DNA of 64,000 nt from the NCBI GenBank assembly GCA_951406725.2, contig OX597819.1:28954001-29018000 (forward strand). Direction: 5' to 3'. The translations under genes and the position numbers were made by a program. The notes under the pieces were generated by a model, which worked only from the letters and a program-made list of their open reading frames with translations, did no database searches and was not told the origin of the DNA. Of this stretch, positions 50,891 through 63,362 are shown piece by piece. The stretch is from Octopus vulgaris (Eukaryota). The number at the start of each line of letters is the position of its first letter. Positions within the stretch are counted from its first letter, which is position 1.

Positions 50891-52102
50891 GTTCCATAGT
50901 ATTGTATGGAAATACAATACTAAAAAATAACCTATTACTTTTAACCAAAATACACTATTAAGAGATTTCAAGTTTTGGCACAAGGCCAGCAATTTTAGAG
51001 GAGGGGATAAATCGAATACATTAACTCCAGTGTTCAACTGGTACTTATTTTAACAACCCCAAAAGGATGAAAAGCAAAGTCGACCTCAGTGAAATTTGAA
51101 CTCAGAACTTGAAGATGGACAAAATACTGCTAAGCATTTTTGCCCAGGGCATTAATTATTCTGCCAGCTCACCACCTTAAAATACATTATTAATATTACT
51201 ATTTAACCTCTGTAGGTCTATCTCCTCTAATTAGTATACTTTCTATTTTTCTATGTTTCTGTGCTTCTACCTTGCATAGTTTATCTTGTCCTAGCCTGGA
51301 GTGGGGTGATTTTGATTGGCAATTCAGCTTTACCACATAGTGATAGTAATGATACATATAATTAGTGTTATGTCTTTCATTTATGAACTAATTAGCTGTA
51401 AATCTTTCTCATTAATTACTTATATGATGTCTGCAAATGTACCATTTATCCTCCCTATATTATACCAAGAATTAAACTATTAGCTTGAACTTTAGCTCAC
51501 TAATAATATTACCAGTCAACTCTAGAATGCAGCTCCTGTAATTTGTAGATCTATATTTCCCATACTTTATTGAATTATATCTGATCCCTCACTTTCAACT
51601 TGTCCTTTCCAGTTCCATAATATATAATCTTAACGATAGTATTGTCTAATTCTTAGGATCGATAATGAGATGGCTTGATAGAGTATGAATTGATGTGTTT
51701 ATGAGTGTAAATAGCTTTTATATAAGCATGTGTGTTTGTGTACACAAATAATAATATAGACTGGTTTGGTTACTTAAACAAAATGATAAACTTCTACCAC
51801 TTATGAAATTACTAGTTTGTTATAAACATTTTGTATATGCAATTAGTGTGTGCATGTGTGTGCCATTATCAATGCTCTTAGAATGACACTTCCATCCTTT
51901 CAAAATCAACAGTGCATGGAATTTCAATAGATTAGGCCACTGTGCTAAGCACCTAAGAACAAATGTATTGTCTTTAGTAAATCAGGCCTTCTATCAGGGT
52001 CTCTAAATTCTATTAGTTTTTCTCTGTACTTTCTATTTTATTTCTTTTTTTTAATTTTATCTTTTGTTTCAGTCATTAGACTTTGACAATATATAGATGA
52101 TG

Positions 52103-52104
52103 AT

Positions 52105-52138
<34 letters not shown>

Positions 52139-52428
52139 ATACATATATATACATACATATATATATATACACATATATACATATATATACATACATATAT
52201 ACATATATATACATACATATATATATACACATATATACATATATATACATACATATATATATATATATATACATACATATATATATATACACATATATAC
52301 ATACATATATATATATATACACATACATATATATACACATACATATATATACATACATATATATACATATATATATATATACATACATACATATATATAC
52401 ACATACATATATATACATATATATATAT

Positions 52429-52461
<33 letters not shown>

Positions 52462-52474
52462 CATACATACATAT

Positions 52475-52547
<73 letters not shown>

Positions 52548-52730
52548 CATACATATACATATATATATATATACATACATACATATACATATATATATAC
52601 ATACATATATATATATACATACATACATATATACATACATATATATATACATACATATATATATATATACATACATACATATATACATACATATATATAT
52701 ACATACATATATATATGTATACATACATAC

Positions 52731-52779
<49 letters not shown>

Positions 52780-52811
52780 CATACATACATACATATATAT
52801 ATATACATATA

Positions 52812-52842
<31 letters not shown>

Positions 52843-52986
52843 ACATATATACATACATACATATATATATACATACATATATATATATACATACATATAT
52901 ATATACATATATATATACATATATATACATACATACATATATATATACATACATATATATAAACATACATATATATATACACATAT

Positions 52987-53017
<31 letters not shown>

Positions 53018-53273
53018 CATACATATATATAAACATACATATATATATATATACATATATACATATATATATACACATATATACATACATATATATATAT
53101 ATACATACATATATATATATACATACATATATATATACATATATGTATATATATATATGTATGTATATATATATGTATGTATATATGTATGTATATATAT
53201 GTATATATATATACATACATATATATATACATACATATATATATATATACATACACACATATATATATGTATT

Positions 53274-53306
<33 letters not shown>

Positions 53307-54082
53307 GTATGTATATATATATGTATTTATATATATATGTATGTATGTGTATATATATATGTATTTATATATATATATATGTATATGTATATATATATAT
53401 ATTTATATATATATATGTATATAATATATATATGTATTTATATATATATATATGTATATGTATGTATATATATATGTATGTATATATATATGTATGTATA
53501 TATATATGTATGTATATATATATGTATGTATATATATACATACATATATATATACATACATACATATATATATATATACATACATATATATATACATACA
53601 TATATATATACATACATATATATATACATACATATATATATATATACATACATACATATATATATAAATACATATATATATATATAAATACATATATATA
53701 TATACATAAATACATATATATATAGACATATATACATATATAAATATATATATATATATATACACATATATATATACACATATATACATATATAAATACA
53801 TATATATATACACATATATACATATATATACACATATGGATATTCATATATATATATATATATATACACATATGTATATTCATATATATATATATACGAA
53901 TATATATGGTGTGGTTGGTGTTAGAAAGGGCATCCAGATGTAGAAACACTGCCAGATCAGACTGGAGCCTTGTGCAGCCCCTGGCTTCCCAGACGCCGGT
54001 CGAACCGTCCAACCCGTGCTAGTGCAGAAAACGGACATTAAACGATGATGATGATTTATATACATATATATATATACATACA

Positions 54083-54114
<32 letters not shown>

Positions 54115-54161
54115 CATACATACATATATAAACATACATATATATATATACATACATATAC

Positions 54162-54198
<37 letters not shown>

Positions 54199-54576
54199 CA
54201 TACATATATATATACATACGCATATATATACATACATATATATATACATACGCATATATATACATACGCATATATATACATACATATATATATACATACA
54301 TACATATATATACATACATACATATGCATATATATACATACATATACATACATATATATATATATACATACATACATATATGTACATACATACATACATA
54401 TATACATACATACATATATATATATACATAGATACATATATATATATACATAGATATATATATATATACATACATACATATATATATACACATACGTACA
54501 AATATATATATATACACATATGTACAAATATATATATATATACATACATGTACATATATATATATATACATGTACA

Positions 54577-54614
<38 letters not shown>

Positions 54615-55238
54615 CATACATACATACATGTACATATATATATACATACATGTACATATATATATACATACATGTACATATATATATATATATACATACA
54701 TGTACATATATATATATATATGTACATACATGTACATATATATATACATGTGCGTATATATATATATATATGTTACTGTTATTCTCCGTGTCCTGTCCTT
54801 TACTGTTTATATTTTGTACTGTCCTTACTGTCCTGTTTTTGTTACCATTTTTACCCCTCCGCAAAAAAATATCAAATTTTATTTAATTTGCCTTTTGCGG
54901 GAAGGAATGTTTTATTGAAGTCATGTCTCACCTTGACCTTTGAAACGCGGAGTAGATGAAACAGAGGCGACTGAAGAAGGGGAATTTTCCTTGTTTTGTA
55001 TGTCCTGTGCTATATTTTTTCGTTGTCCAGAAAAAAGTCCATTTCCTTGGTTTTGTGTTTATGTTTTCGTTTCTCATTGTGTTCAACGGTTTTTTGGTGT
55101 CCTGTACCTATATGCATGTAGATATACATGTAGAGGTAGGTATGTACATATATGTATGTATATATGCATATGTTTTATTTTATTTATTAATTTATATGAC
55201 AGAATGCACGCATCCATTTCTAAGTAAGTTTGTTCTTA

Positions 55239-55288
<50 letters not shown>

Positions 55289-55627
55289 GTGTGTGTGTGT
55301 GTATGTATATATATATGTGTGTGTGTGTGTGTATATATATATATGTGTGTGTATATATATATGTGTATGTATATATATATATGTGTATGTATATATATAT
55401 ATATGTGTGTGTATATATATATATATATGTGTGTGTGTGTATATATATATGTGTATGTATATATATATGTGTGTATGTATATATATATGTGTGTATGTAT
55501 ATATATATGTGCGTGTGTGTATATATGTGCGTGTGTATATATGTGTGTGTGTGTGTATATATATGTGTGCATATATATGTGTGTGTGTATATATATATGT
55601 GTGTGTGTATATATATATATATGTGTG

Positions 55628-55658
<31 letters not shown>

Positions 55659-55692
55659 ATATATATGTGAGTGTGTGTATATATATATACAC
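52103..55692. repeat. 3.6-kb compound (TA)/(TACA)/(TG) microsatellite field with two embedded insertions
   Basis: Alternating purine-pyrimidine sequence throughout, interrupted by an RTE 3' end (53906-54053) and a unique ~470-bp segment (54771-55238). Confidence 0.97.
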
Positions 55693-56644
55693 ATATGCAG
55701 CACCAATCCTGCTTCTCCTCAGTTCAAAGATTTGAGCAAAGTCGACTCCAACACTAGGACCAACTTCATGCAAGCATGAAGGCACCAGCAGGCCTCAAGA
55801 GTCACATTTGTGTCCATAGAACATGATTACTGCTTTATTTTGCTGAATCCTCATCTGTTGTTCACAACGAGAGAATCCATTGCATATGTCAGATATCAAA
55901 TGTTTCAAAAATTGCTGCAGTGGATATTCAGTCTCAAACTTCAGTAAACATTCAAACAATGATGTCCCCTCTTCACCATCACCAACTTCACACTATTTTC
56001 TTACATAGAATGTTGACATTCCAGACTCATCCCTGGCTGAGTGAAACAGGGATGGTTTTGACAGTATGACTGGTTGTTCTGTGCTTCTGGAGAACTTCTG
56101 GAGTAAAAAAAACCAACCTTTCTTGAAAAACAAGGGTTGGCAACAAGGAAGAGCATCTGACTATTAGATCCTGTCTCAAATAATTAACTAGGAAAGCAGT
56201 TGTTAAACAAATGAAATATGTAGGACTACTTCAGTCTATCAAAGATTGACAATGGAAACATCACATAACTCTTAACAGTTTATATCTGGTCTATACATTC
56301 ACTGTACTTTGCTAATTCCACCTAGTGGATCAGCAAATCCCTGAAAACACGAGAAGATAATATAAGAACCTTTGATTTAAACAAAACACTTAGGATATAG
56401 TAAGATTTTTGAATTAAAACAAAAACTATACAGTAATATTGTATATCTTTTTCTGATATTTTTATGTACTTCGTTTTGAGATAAAACTGAAAATTCAAAT
56501 ATTTACAAGGACTTGTTAAAGTTACTGTTTTATAGTAAAACTGTCTTCTGTAAATTATTTGACCATGAAATGTATATAGTGATAATGTGATACTGAGTCA
56601 GCTATGGTTTAGCAGAGAAGTAAGGTTAGTAACAAGGCTAAAAG

Positions 56645-57248
56645 TAAATAGAGAATATCAAACGAGTTCCCTATGGATACCATATTTATTACAACTCGTG
56701 GCTTGATACGTTTACAAGCCACTCGTTGTAATAAATGCGGTATCCATAGGGAATGAGTTTGGTATTTTATTTATTACACACGAATAAACGACCATATTTT
56801 ATTAACGCAATAACTAAATTCTTCACATCGTGTTGAAGCGCGCATGAATACAGCTTGATTTCACGTCAGTGACGTCACAATGTGTAACTGTAAAAGATGT
56901 CATGCCGCAGGAAGATAGTCCGACTTTATAGCGCTTTGTGATTTTTTTGGCAACAAAAAATTGAATTACCACCAGAAATGTTTATATTTTATGTGTATAT
57001 GACTTTAAGTGATATCTGGTATAAAAAAGATAGTATGTTTGTTTAATTACATGGCTACATTCTACCTGCTCGTGAAAGTAATGAATGAAATTTAGTTGTA
57101 ACTTATGAATGACAAAAGTAGTGCCGTCACCATGACCTCGGGTCATCACCATGGACTGACCAATCAGAAGCAGCGCTCGCAGTATCTGACATATGTTAGA
57201 TACCAAAAATATCTCAAAGTGTTCTCACTCACATGTGTGTAATAAATA
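56645..57248. mobile_element. Non-autonomous element with a ~130-nt terminal hairpin and 14-bp inverted repeats (Crypton-like, tentative)
   Basis: Hairpin at 56645-56773. TATTTATTACACAC (56768-56781) pairs with GTGTGTAATAAATA (57235-57248). CpG-rich interior. Confidence 0.55.
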
Positions 57249-57448
57249 CTACTATCTAACACATCTGGTTGAGTTTCAAATACTTGTCCTAAGAGCTTGT
57301 AGTCCAGAACTGGCAGGCTACAATAAGTTAACATTTATACGTTACATATAACTATATCGCAGAGATTAAATTATTAATTATAGTTGTTAATTCATTAAAC
57401 AACATCAAAGAATACAATTAAAAGAGAACAATCTGTTGCAAAAATCTT

Positions 57449-57454
57449 TTTATT
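57449..57454 (-). terminator. Candidate polyadenylation signal for TPST
   Basis: AATAAA on the minus strand about 0.9 kb past the stop. A second AATAAA lies at 57710-57715. Motif evidence only. Confidence 0.35.
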
Positions 57455-58344
57455 GATGAATTGAATGTCTTTGTTTTAGAATTACCATATTTTGTTTGTG
57501 GCAGGGATTTCTATCTTTGACATTGGTGATCTCTGATGGCTCTTTCTCAGCATTATGATCTGCAGTGTCAAATTATTTGACTTTATGATTTGTGGTGTCA
57601 TTTTTTCGACTTCTGTGGTCAATGAAAGACATGTATTATAAGATGAAGATAATCCCACTTCAACAGAAAAAAAGGGGAAAAAAAAAAAAAAAAACGAAAA
57701 ATGACATCTTTTATTTGACTAAATTTTTTTCATGATAACTTTCTTGGAGTTGCCAAGTAAAAATATACTTAAAACAAAATCCAATTTTCATTCTTGTCTC
57801 TGTTTTAATCTCTTCATAATTGATGTTCATATCTTAACATTGTCAGGCTGATGCGTTTTGGAATGAGAGTTGAAAAGAAATCCAACAAAAATGAATAATT
57901 ATGAGAAATAAAGATGGAAATAATATTTTCTTGGAAAGAACAGTTGATGTGGAAATGAAAATATTTTGATGAGGTATGTGAAAAAATAAATCTAAATATG
58001 TTTTTGTGGATGTTGCAAACTAATAGAGAGAAAAGGTTAAGTTCTTTCAAAATAATCTTCTTTTAGTAAGTACATGATTAATTTTTTTGTTTGTTTGTTG
58101 GGGAGGGGGTGTATTTGTACCATCTCAGTTTCTTTGGACATAAACATACTGTCAGCAAATATTTATAATGTAATTCTTTCTGTCACAGATTAAATTCAAA
58201 CTAAAATTGCCCTGGTTTACATGGCAGCAGATTTCTTGATGAGATACAATGATGCTGGAACATTTAACAAATATCTCCATTGGTTACTGAATTATAAACT
58301 GCTTTAGTAATGGTGGAATTTTGATCTACTTTGTTAATACTAGA

Positions 58345-58699
58345 TCATGTCATGTGACTTGATGTGTTCCTCCAATGCTTATCTGTTCTGCTAAGAGATT
58401 TGTGAAAACTTTGTGTTCGATTGGAGATAGAACCTTTTGCTGGGGTATCTTTAATGATTATGTCGACTTTTTTCTTCCAGAATTCTCTGTTCTTCTGTAT
58501 ATTCTGAGTATTTTCTGCCACCATTGCATCAGGCTTTCCATAATTAGGTGGGTTTGCTTTTGGATCATATCCAAGAACAGCGAGCATTGGAGCAATTTCA
58601 GACATGCCTTCAACAACATCCTTCGGCATTTTACCAACCCATTTTGACAAAGCTTCTAGATTTACAGGTTGAATTACTTGGTCTGTTGAGCGCTCAGTT
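58345..58699 (-). CDS. TPST: Protein-tyrosine sulfotransferase, coding exon 2 (to TGA)
   Basis: Acceptor TGTTTTAG| at 58701-58700. The phase-2 join gives SK|[25 protein letters not shown]...[22 protein letters not shown], the conserved TPST C-terminal block. 863+355=1218 nt, i.e. 405 aa plus stop. Confidence 0.95.
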
Positions 58700-58877
58700 C
58701 TAAAACAATACAGAAAAAAAAAATTGAAGTGATAAATAATATGTTTACAAAAAAAAATATATATATATAATGTACAATACAGACAATAACATTGTTTCAC
58801 CATGATGAAGCAAGTGAGGGCAAAAAGAATCAATGATGCTAGACAATAAGATGCTTCCTAACTATAGTACTCCACTA

Positions 58878-59166
58878 CAAGGTGCAATCCTTGTTATGGC
58901 ATGGTGCTTATGTGTCTCAATGACACTGAGAGCTATTAAGCAGAATCAAGCTCCTGGTAAGGCCTCCAATGCTGGACTTGTCAAAGAATAGCGGCAAACT
59001 AATATGGTCAATCACTTCCCAGATGTAAAAATGGGTTTGTATTGGGCCAACACCTCTATCTAGAAGAAAGCAAAGTTACAGAGGCAGCCTAGCATCAAGA
59101 ACAGCAGAGAAAAGTCATCTTAGGCCTATGCTCCATAGAGAGTGAAAGGTTTAGGTAAGTAAGTAA
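58878..59166 (+). mobile_element. Non-autonomous RTE-derived element in the TPST intron
   Basis: Head CCTTGTTATGGCATGGTGCTTATGTGTCTCAATGACACTGAGAGCTAT; tail GGCCTATGCTCC..(GTAA)n. Confidence 0.5.
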
Positions 59167-59474
59167 CAATAGTAGCACTAAGTTTCTAAGAGTTTCCTTC
59201 ATCTACAATTAATTGAACATCCTTAACATCTATAAAATGTATATTTGACAATTTTTCTTGAGTCTTGGGCTACGAAGAAGTTAATAAATAGTTCATTTAT
59301 CAGGACAATTCCATTATTACCATGTACACTTAAACTAATTAAATTAAATTAACAGTAGGAAAAGCTGCACACATTTCTTCATAGAGACAATGTATTTAAT
59401 AGCTAAAGTAGTCATGTTCTGAAACCAATAGTAATGCTGTAGATAGAAAAGTAATCTTTCTAAGCAAATATGTA

Positions 59475-59916
59475 CTACAAGCAAAACGTCCCCTCCAATG
59501 GACGGTGCTTAGTGACAAAGCGTGACATCATCCTTGAATGGTAGGAAATATTTTTCCTTTTGGCAGCGATGATGGTTACAGCATTGATAAACCCAGGTGT
59601 GATCCAGTGACTCTGCTGCCTGTCCAACCATTCAAAGAAATCTCACAAATAGAATTCTATGCATTTCGACTGATGGTTCGCAAGGACGATGTCAATCTTT
59701 TGCACAGCTGATGTACTTGTGTGTACAAATGCACATTCCCACAGCTTTATCGATCGCATTCTCACCTGGAATTGATTTTTGTAATTTTTTCAAGGCTTAT
59801 ACACGCCCTGATACCATCAGTATCTACATATCAAATGTGAGCGCAATCGGATGGAGGATGCCCGGGATCCTAGAAGACACACACATAGACAGACAGAATG
59901 GATTTTATATAAAAGA
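59475..59916 (-). mobile_element. Non-autonomous Helitron in the TPST intron carrying a RepHel fragment
   Basis: Minus strand: A|TCTTTTATATAAAATC ... CGTCC/GGACG hairpin ... GTAG|T. The plus frame at 59553-59711 reads FPFGSDDGY..EISQIEFYAFRLMVRKDDVNLLH. Confidence 0.75.
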
Positions 59917-60344
59917 TAAGCTGGCAGAATCACACTGGTATGAGAGACCAGATCTGGCTGGTTTGAACATGAAATAGGCAGACTATTTTGGTCTGATATG
60001 GCTGGTTTAATTGCTGAATGATTAAAAGAATTTATCAATAGTGTCTAGATTAATTATTAATGCCTACATCCTACAAGCGCAAAAGAAGGGAATTCAGCCT
60101 TAAAGTCCTTTTAAATATAGATATATTGATAAAGAATATTATTTACAAAATCAAGAATAATCATCTTACTATCAACTGCATAGCAGCATGGCATTTGATC
60201 AGGTATTCTACTTCTGCTATTTCAGCCAATTCTGTGTTCCCAGCTATATATAAATATTGATTTCTTATATCTGTTCATGCCTTTCTTGTGGGTACCAGCA
60301 GTGTAAATGCAGTAAAATGGTTTCAATAGGGATTGAAACAACTA

Positions 60345-60517
60345 TGTGGGCTTTATCACTTGTTTATAATGTACACCACTCATTAATTTCAAATCAGCGG
60401 TTATGTTTTAGCTTTTGACATTTAGATGCTAAATAAAATAAGAGGCATACTTTGATCTACCCCATGACTCCAACTATTTATTTATTCATAACCCGTGGAG
60501 GTTATGGCTACTGTGGA

Positions 60518-60567
<50 letters not shown>

Positions 60568-61063
60568 TAATAATAATAATCTAATAATGATGATCCAAAC
60601 AGTCAAGTTGTTTAAAGTTCACAGTAAAATAACATTGCAAAGTTGTTTTTCATTGATCATAAAAATAGAAATACTGCTTTCTAAATAATTACACATGAAC
60701 TAATTGTCAAAAGCAATCATATAAATTAAGGCTACAGATGGTTATGGGCTGTTAATAGTCTTATAGTCTTATTTTCTATGTATATGAATTATTACATCAT
60801 TTGTTAGAATTTCCATTTTCAGAATTGTAATGAATCATTGAGTTGGCCATTGAGATCCTATTGATGTAGAAAAACATATCCAACAATACTATTCCTCATA
60901 AATGCATGCAATAAAAAAAAGTCTATTTGTTAATATTGGTCTTAAATTTTGGCACAAGGCCAGCAATTTCAGGGGAAGGGGTAAGTTGATATTTTGTAAT
61001 TTTTTCAAGGCTTATACATGCCCTGATACCGTCGGTATCTACATATCAAATTTATTATTATTA

Positions 61064-61106
<43 letters not shown>

Positions 61107-61286
61107 CATTATTAGATTATTATTATTATTTCCACAGTAGCCATAACCTCCACGGGTTATGAATAAATAAATAGTTGGAGTCATGGGGTAGATCAAAGTA
61201 TGCCTCTTATTTTATTTAGCATCTAAATGTCAAAAGCCAAAACATAACTGCTGGTTTGAAATTATAAACAAGTGATAAAGCCCACA
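60345..61286. repeat. Long inverted repeat in the TPST intron
   Basis: 60345-60591 is the reverse complement of 61105-61286, with few substitutions, one 17-nt indel and a different (AAT)n length. Confidence 0.93.
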
Positions 61287-61537
61287 ACTTACCCACAACT
61301 TACATTGAACCTAGTGATCGACTGGTACTTATTTTATCAACTCCAAAAGGATGATAGGCAAAGTCAACCTCAGCAAAATTTGAACTCAGAATGTAAAGAT
61401 GAATGAAATGCCACAAAGAATTTTGCCTGGCAGCTTGCTGCCTTTTACTTTGTTGATATTCAAAACTATACTATATACAAAAGTATAAAATAAAAAGGGC
61501 GTTTAACATAAAGTGATACAATTATGTTTGTACTTAC

Positions 61538-62400
61538 TTTGAAATAGATATACCACCAGGCTTTCCAATATATTCTTCATGGTGTAAAACTTTGCTGTCC
61601 CATTCTAAGTCAAGAAATTCAAGAATTTTACGCATCCATATTTCTGGTTGTAAAACTAATTTCTCATAATAGACTGGCATACATCTACTGGAACCAGCTT
61701 GAATACATTGCGAGTACATTGCTTCCATAGCTTGGTTCCATTTCTTTAAACATTTACTGTAGCTGGTCAAATCAAAACCGGTAATTGTGACTTTGCGTGT
61801 AATTATAGAGTGTACAACAGCTCTGCCATCACGTATTAACAGCAGAAAACGTGCATTTGGAAACAACTGCTTAAGATAAAGACCTGATTTTAACGTGAAA
61901 GGATCCTTGTTACACAAGCGAGGTGCAGCTTCTCCATGTTTTGCAATAACTTCTAAAATGAAAGCAGATATGGCTGAATCAACGACATCAGATGTCATAC
62001 CTGCTTCCATGAGTCTCTTTTTCTCAACAGCTGATTTTTCCCATTGAAATCTCATGGCAAGAATACGGGGAATGACTCGTGTCTCCTCTCCGCATCGTAC
62101 TAGAGGATGAGCATCTAACATTGCACGCATTAGTGTTGTACCACTTCGAGGCATTCCACCAATAAAAATAAGAGGCATATCTTTGTTATATGGGATAGCT
62201 CGATTCTTTTCATCGTAAATGTAACGTATTGGGTCGCTTGGAACCATGTAGACTTTAGGGCCTCCAACACATGAGAAAGTTTGGTAGGACAAATAGATGC
62301 AAATTACAATAAATGTAGCACCGACAAATAGCCGCTTACGGATGCTACCTTTTCTTCCATGCATACTTATCATTGTTTGCAAGTATAGTCTACTCCACAT
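61538..62400 (-). CDS. TPST: Protein-tyrosine sulfotransferase, coding exon 1 (type II Golgi membrane enzyme)
   Basis: Short basic N-terminus, then a hydrophobic anchor ([17 protein letters not shown]). Contains the 5'-PSB motif [30 protein letters not shown] and the 3'-PB motif RDGRAVVHS. Ends ...GGISIS-AA|GTAAGTA, with the donor GT at 61537. First ATG is at 62400; ATGs at 62373 and 62364 are alternatives. Confidence 0.96.
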
Positions 62401-62605
62401 GGGAAAGTTCTGCAAAGTTTATAATATAGCTCTTGTGAAAGTTTTCCGACTTTGTTAGCATTAGTTACATATATATGTCTACATACATATATATATATAG
62501 ATATACATATATGAGTAGAGTTAACTATTTGTCAGATACATGAAATCAATTTTTTGCTGAACGAATGTATTTGACGGACCCATCGAGAAGACATCATAGA
62601 AGAAA
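62401..62605 (-). other. Probable 5'UTR part of TPST coding exon 1
   Basis: Strong acceptor TTCTTGCATTTCTGTTTTGTTTCAG| ending at 62606. A weaker alternative TTTGCAG| ends at 62410. Confidence 0.5.
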
Positions 62606-62789
62606 CTGAAACAAAACAGAAATGCAAGAAATTAGCAATCATTCAAATTTAATATAAATATTATGTTGACATATTCCATCAAATTATTTACACAAGAAAA
62701 AATGTTTCTATTTCTACAAGCATACATATCAAAAATAATTACATTTCAGAAAGTAAAATACATTAGATTCGAAACAGCATCATCATTGT

Positions 62790-62844
62790 TGTGTATGTAT
62801 ATATATATATATCTATATATCTAGCTACATATATATATATATAT

Positions 62845-62875
<31 letters not shown>

Positions 62876-62888
62876 TATATATATACAT

Positions 62889-62921
<33 letters not shown>

Positions 62922-62930
62922 CATACACAC

Positions 62931-62972
<42 letters not shown>

Positions 62973-62987
62973 AATATATATATACAT

Positions 62988-63022
<35 letters not shown>

Positions 63023-63271
63023 CATATACATACACACATAGACACACACACACAAATATATATATACACACACACACATATATATATACATACACACACA
63101 CATATATATATACACATACACACACACATATATATACATACACACACACATATATATACATACACACACACAAATATATATATATATACATACACACACA
63201 CACAAATATATATATATACACACACACACACAAATATATATACACACACACACACACACAAATATATATAT

Positions 63272-63302
<31 letters not shown>

Positions 63303-63362
63303 CATACACACACACAAATATATATATATATACATATACACAAATATATATATATATATATA
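62790..63362. repeat. Compound (TA)n/(CA)n microsatellite
   Basis: Alternating blocks with recurring CACAAATATA units. Confidence 0.95.

Noticed and set aside
52038-55785. ORFs of up to 406 aa (YIYIYM..., HTHT...)
   Set aside because: These are translations of TA/CA/TG microsatellites, which lack stop codons. The same applies to ORFs at 3856-4721, 7424-9075, 38010-38358 and 62763-63382.
58700-58833. N-terminal part of the 162-aa ORF as a separate gene
   Set aside because: It is intronic sequence upstream of the TPST exon-2 acceptor; TPST similarity begins at TERSTDQ.
62401-62415. TTG start given by the ORF track for TPST
   Set aside because: This is a eukaryotic gene; the first ATG is at 62400.
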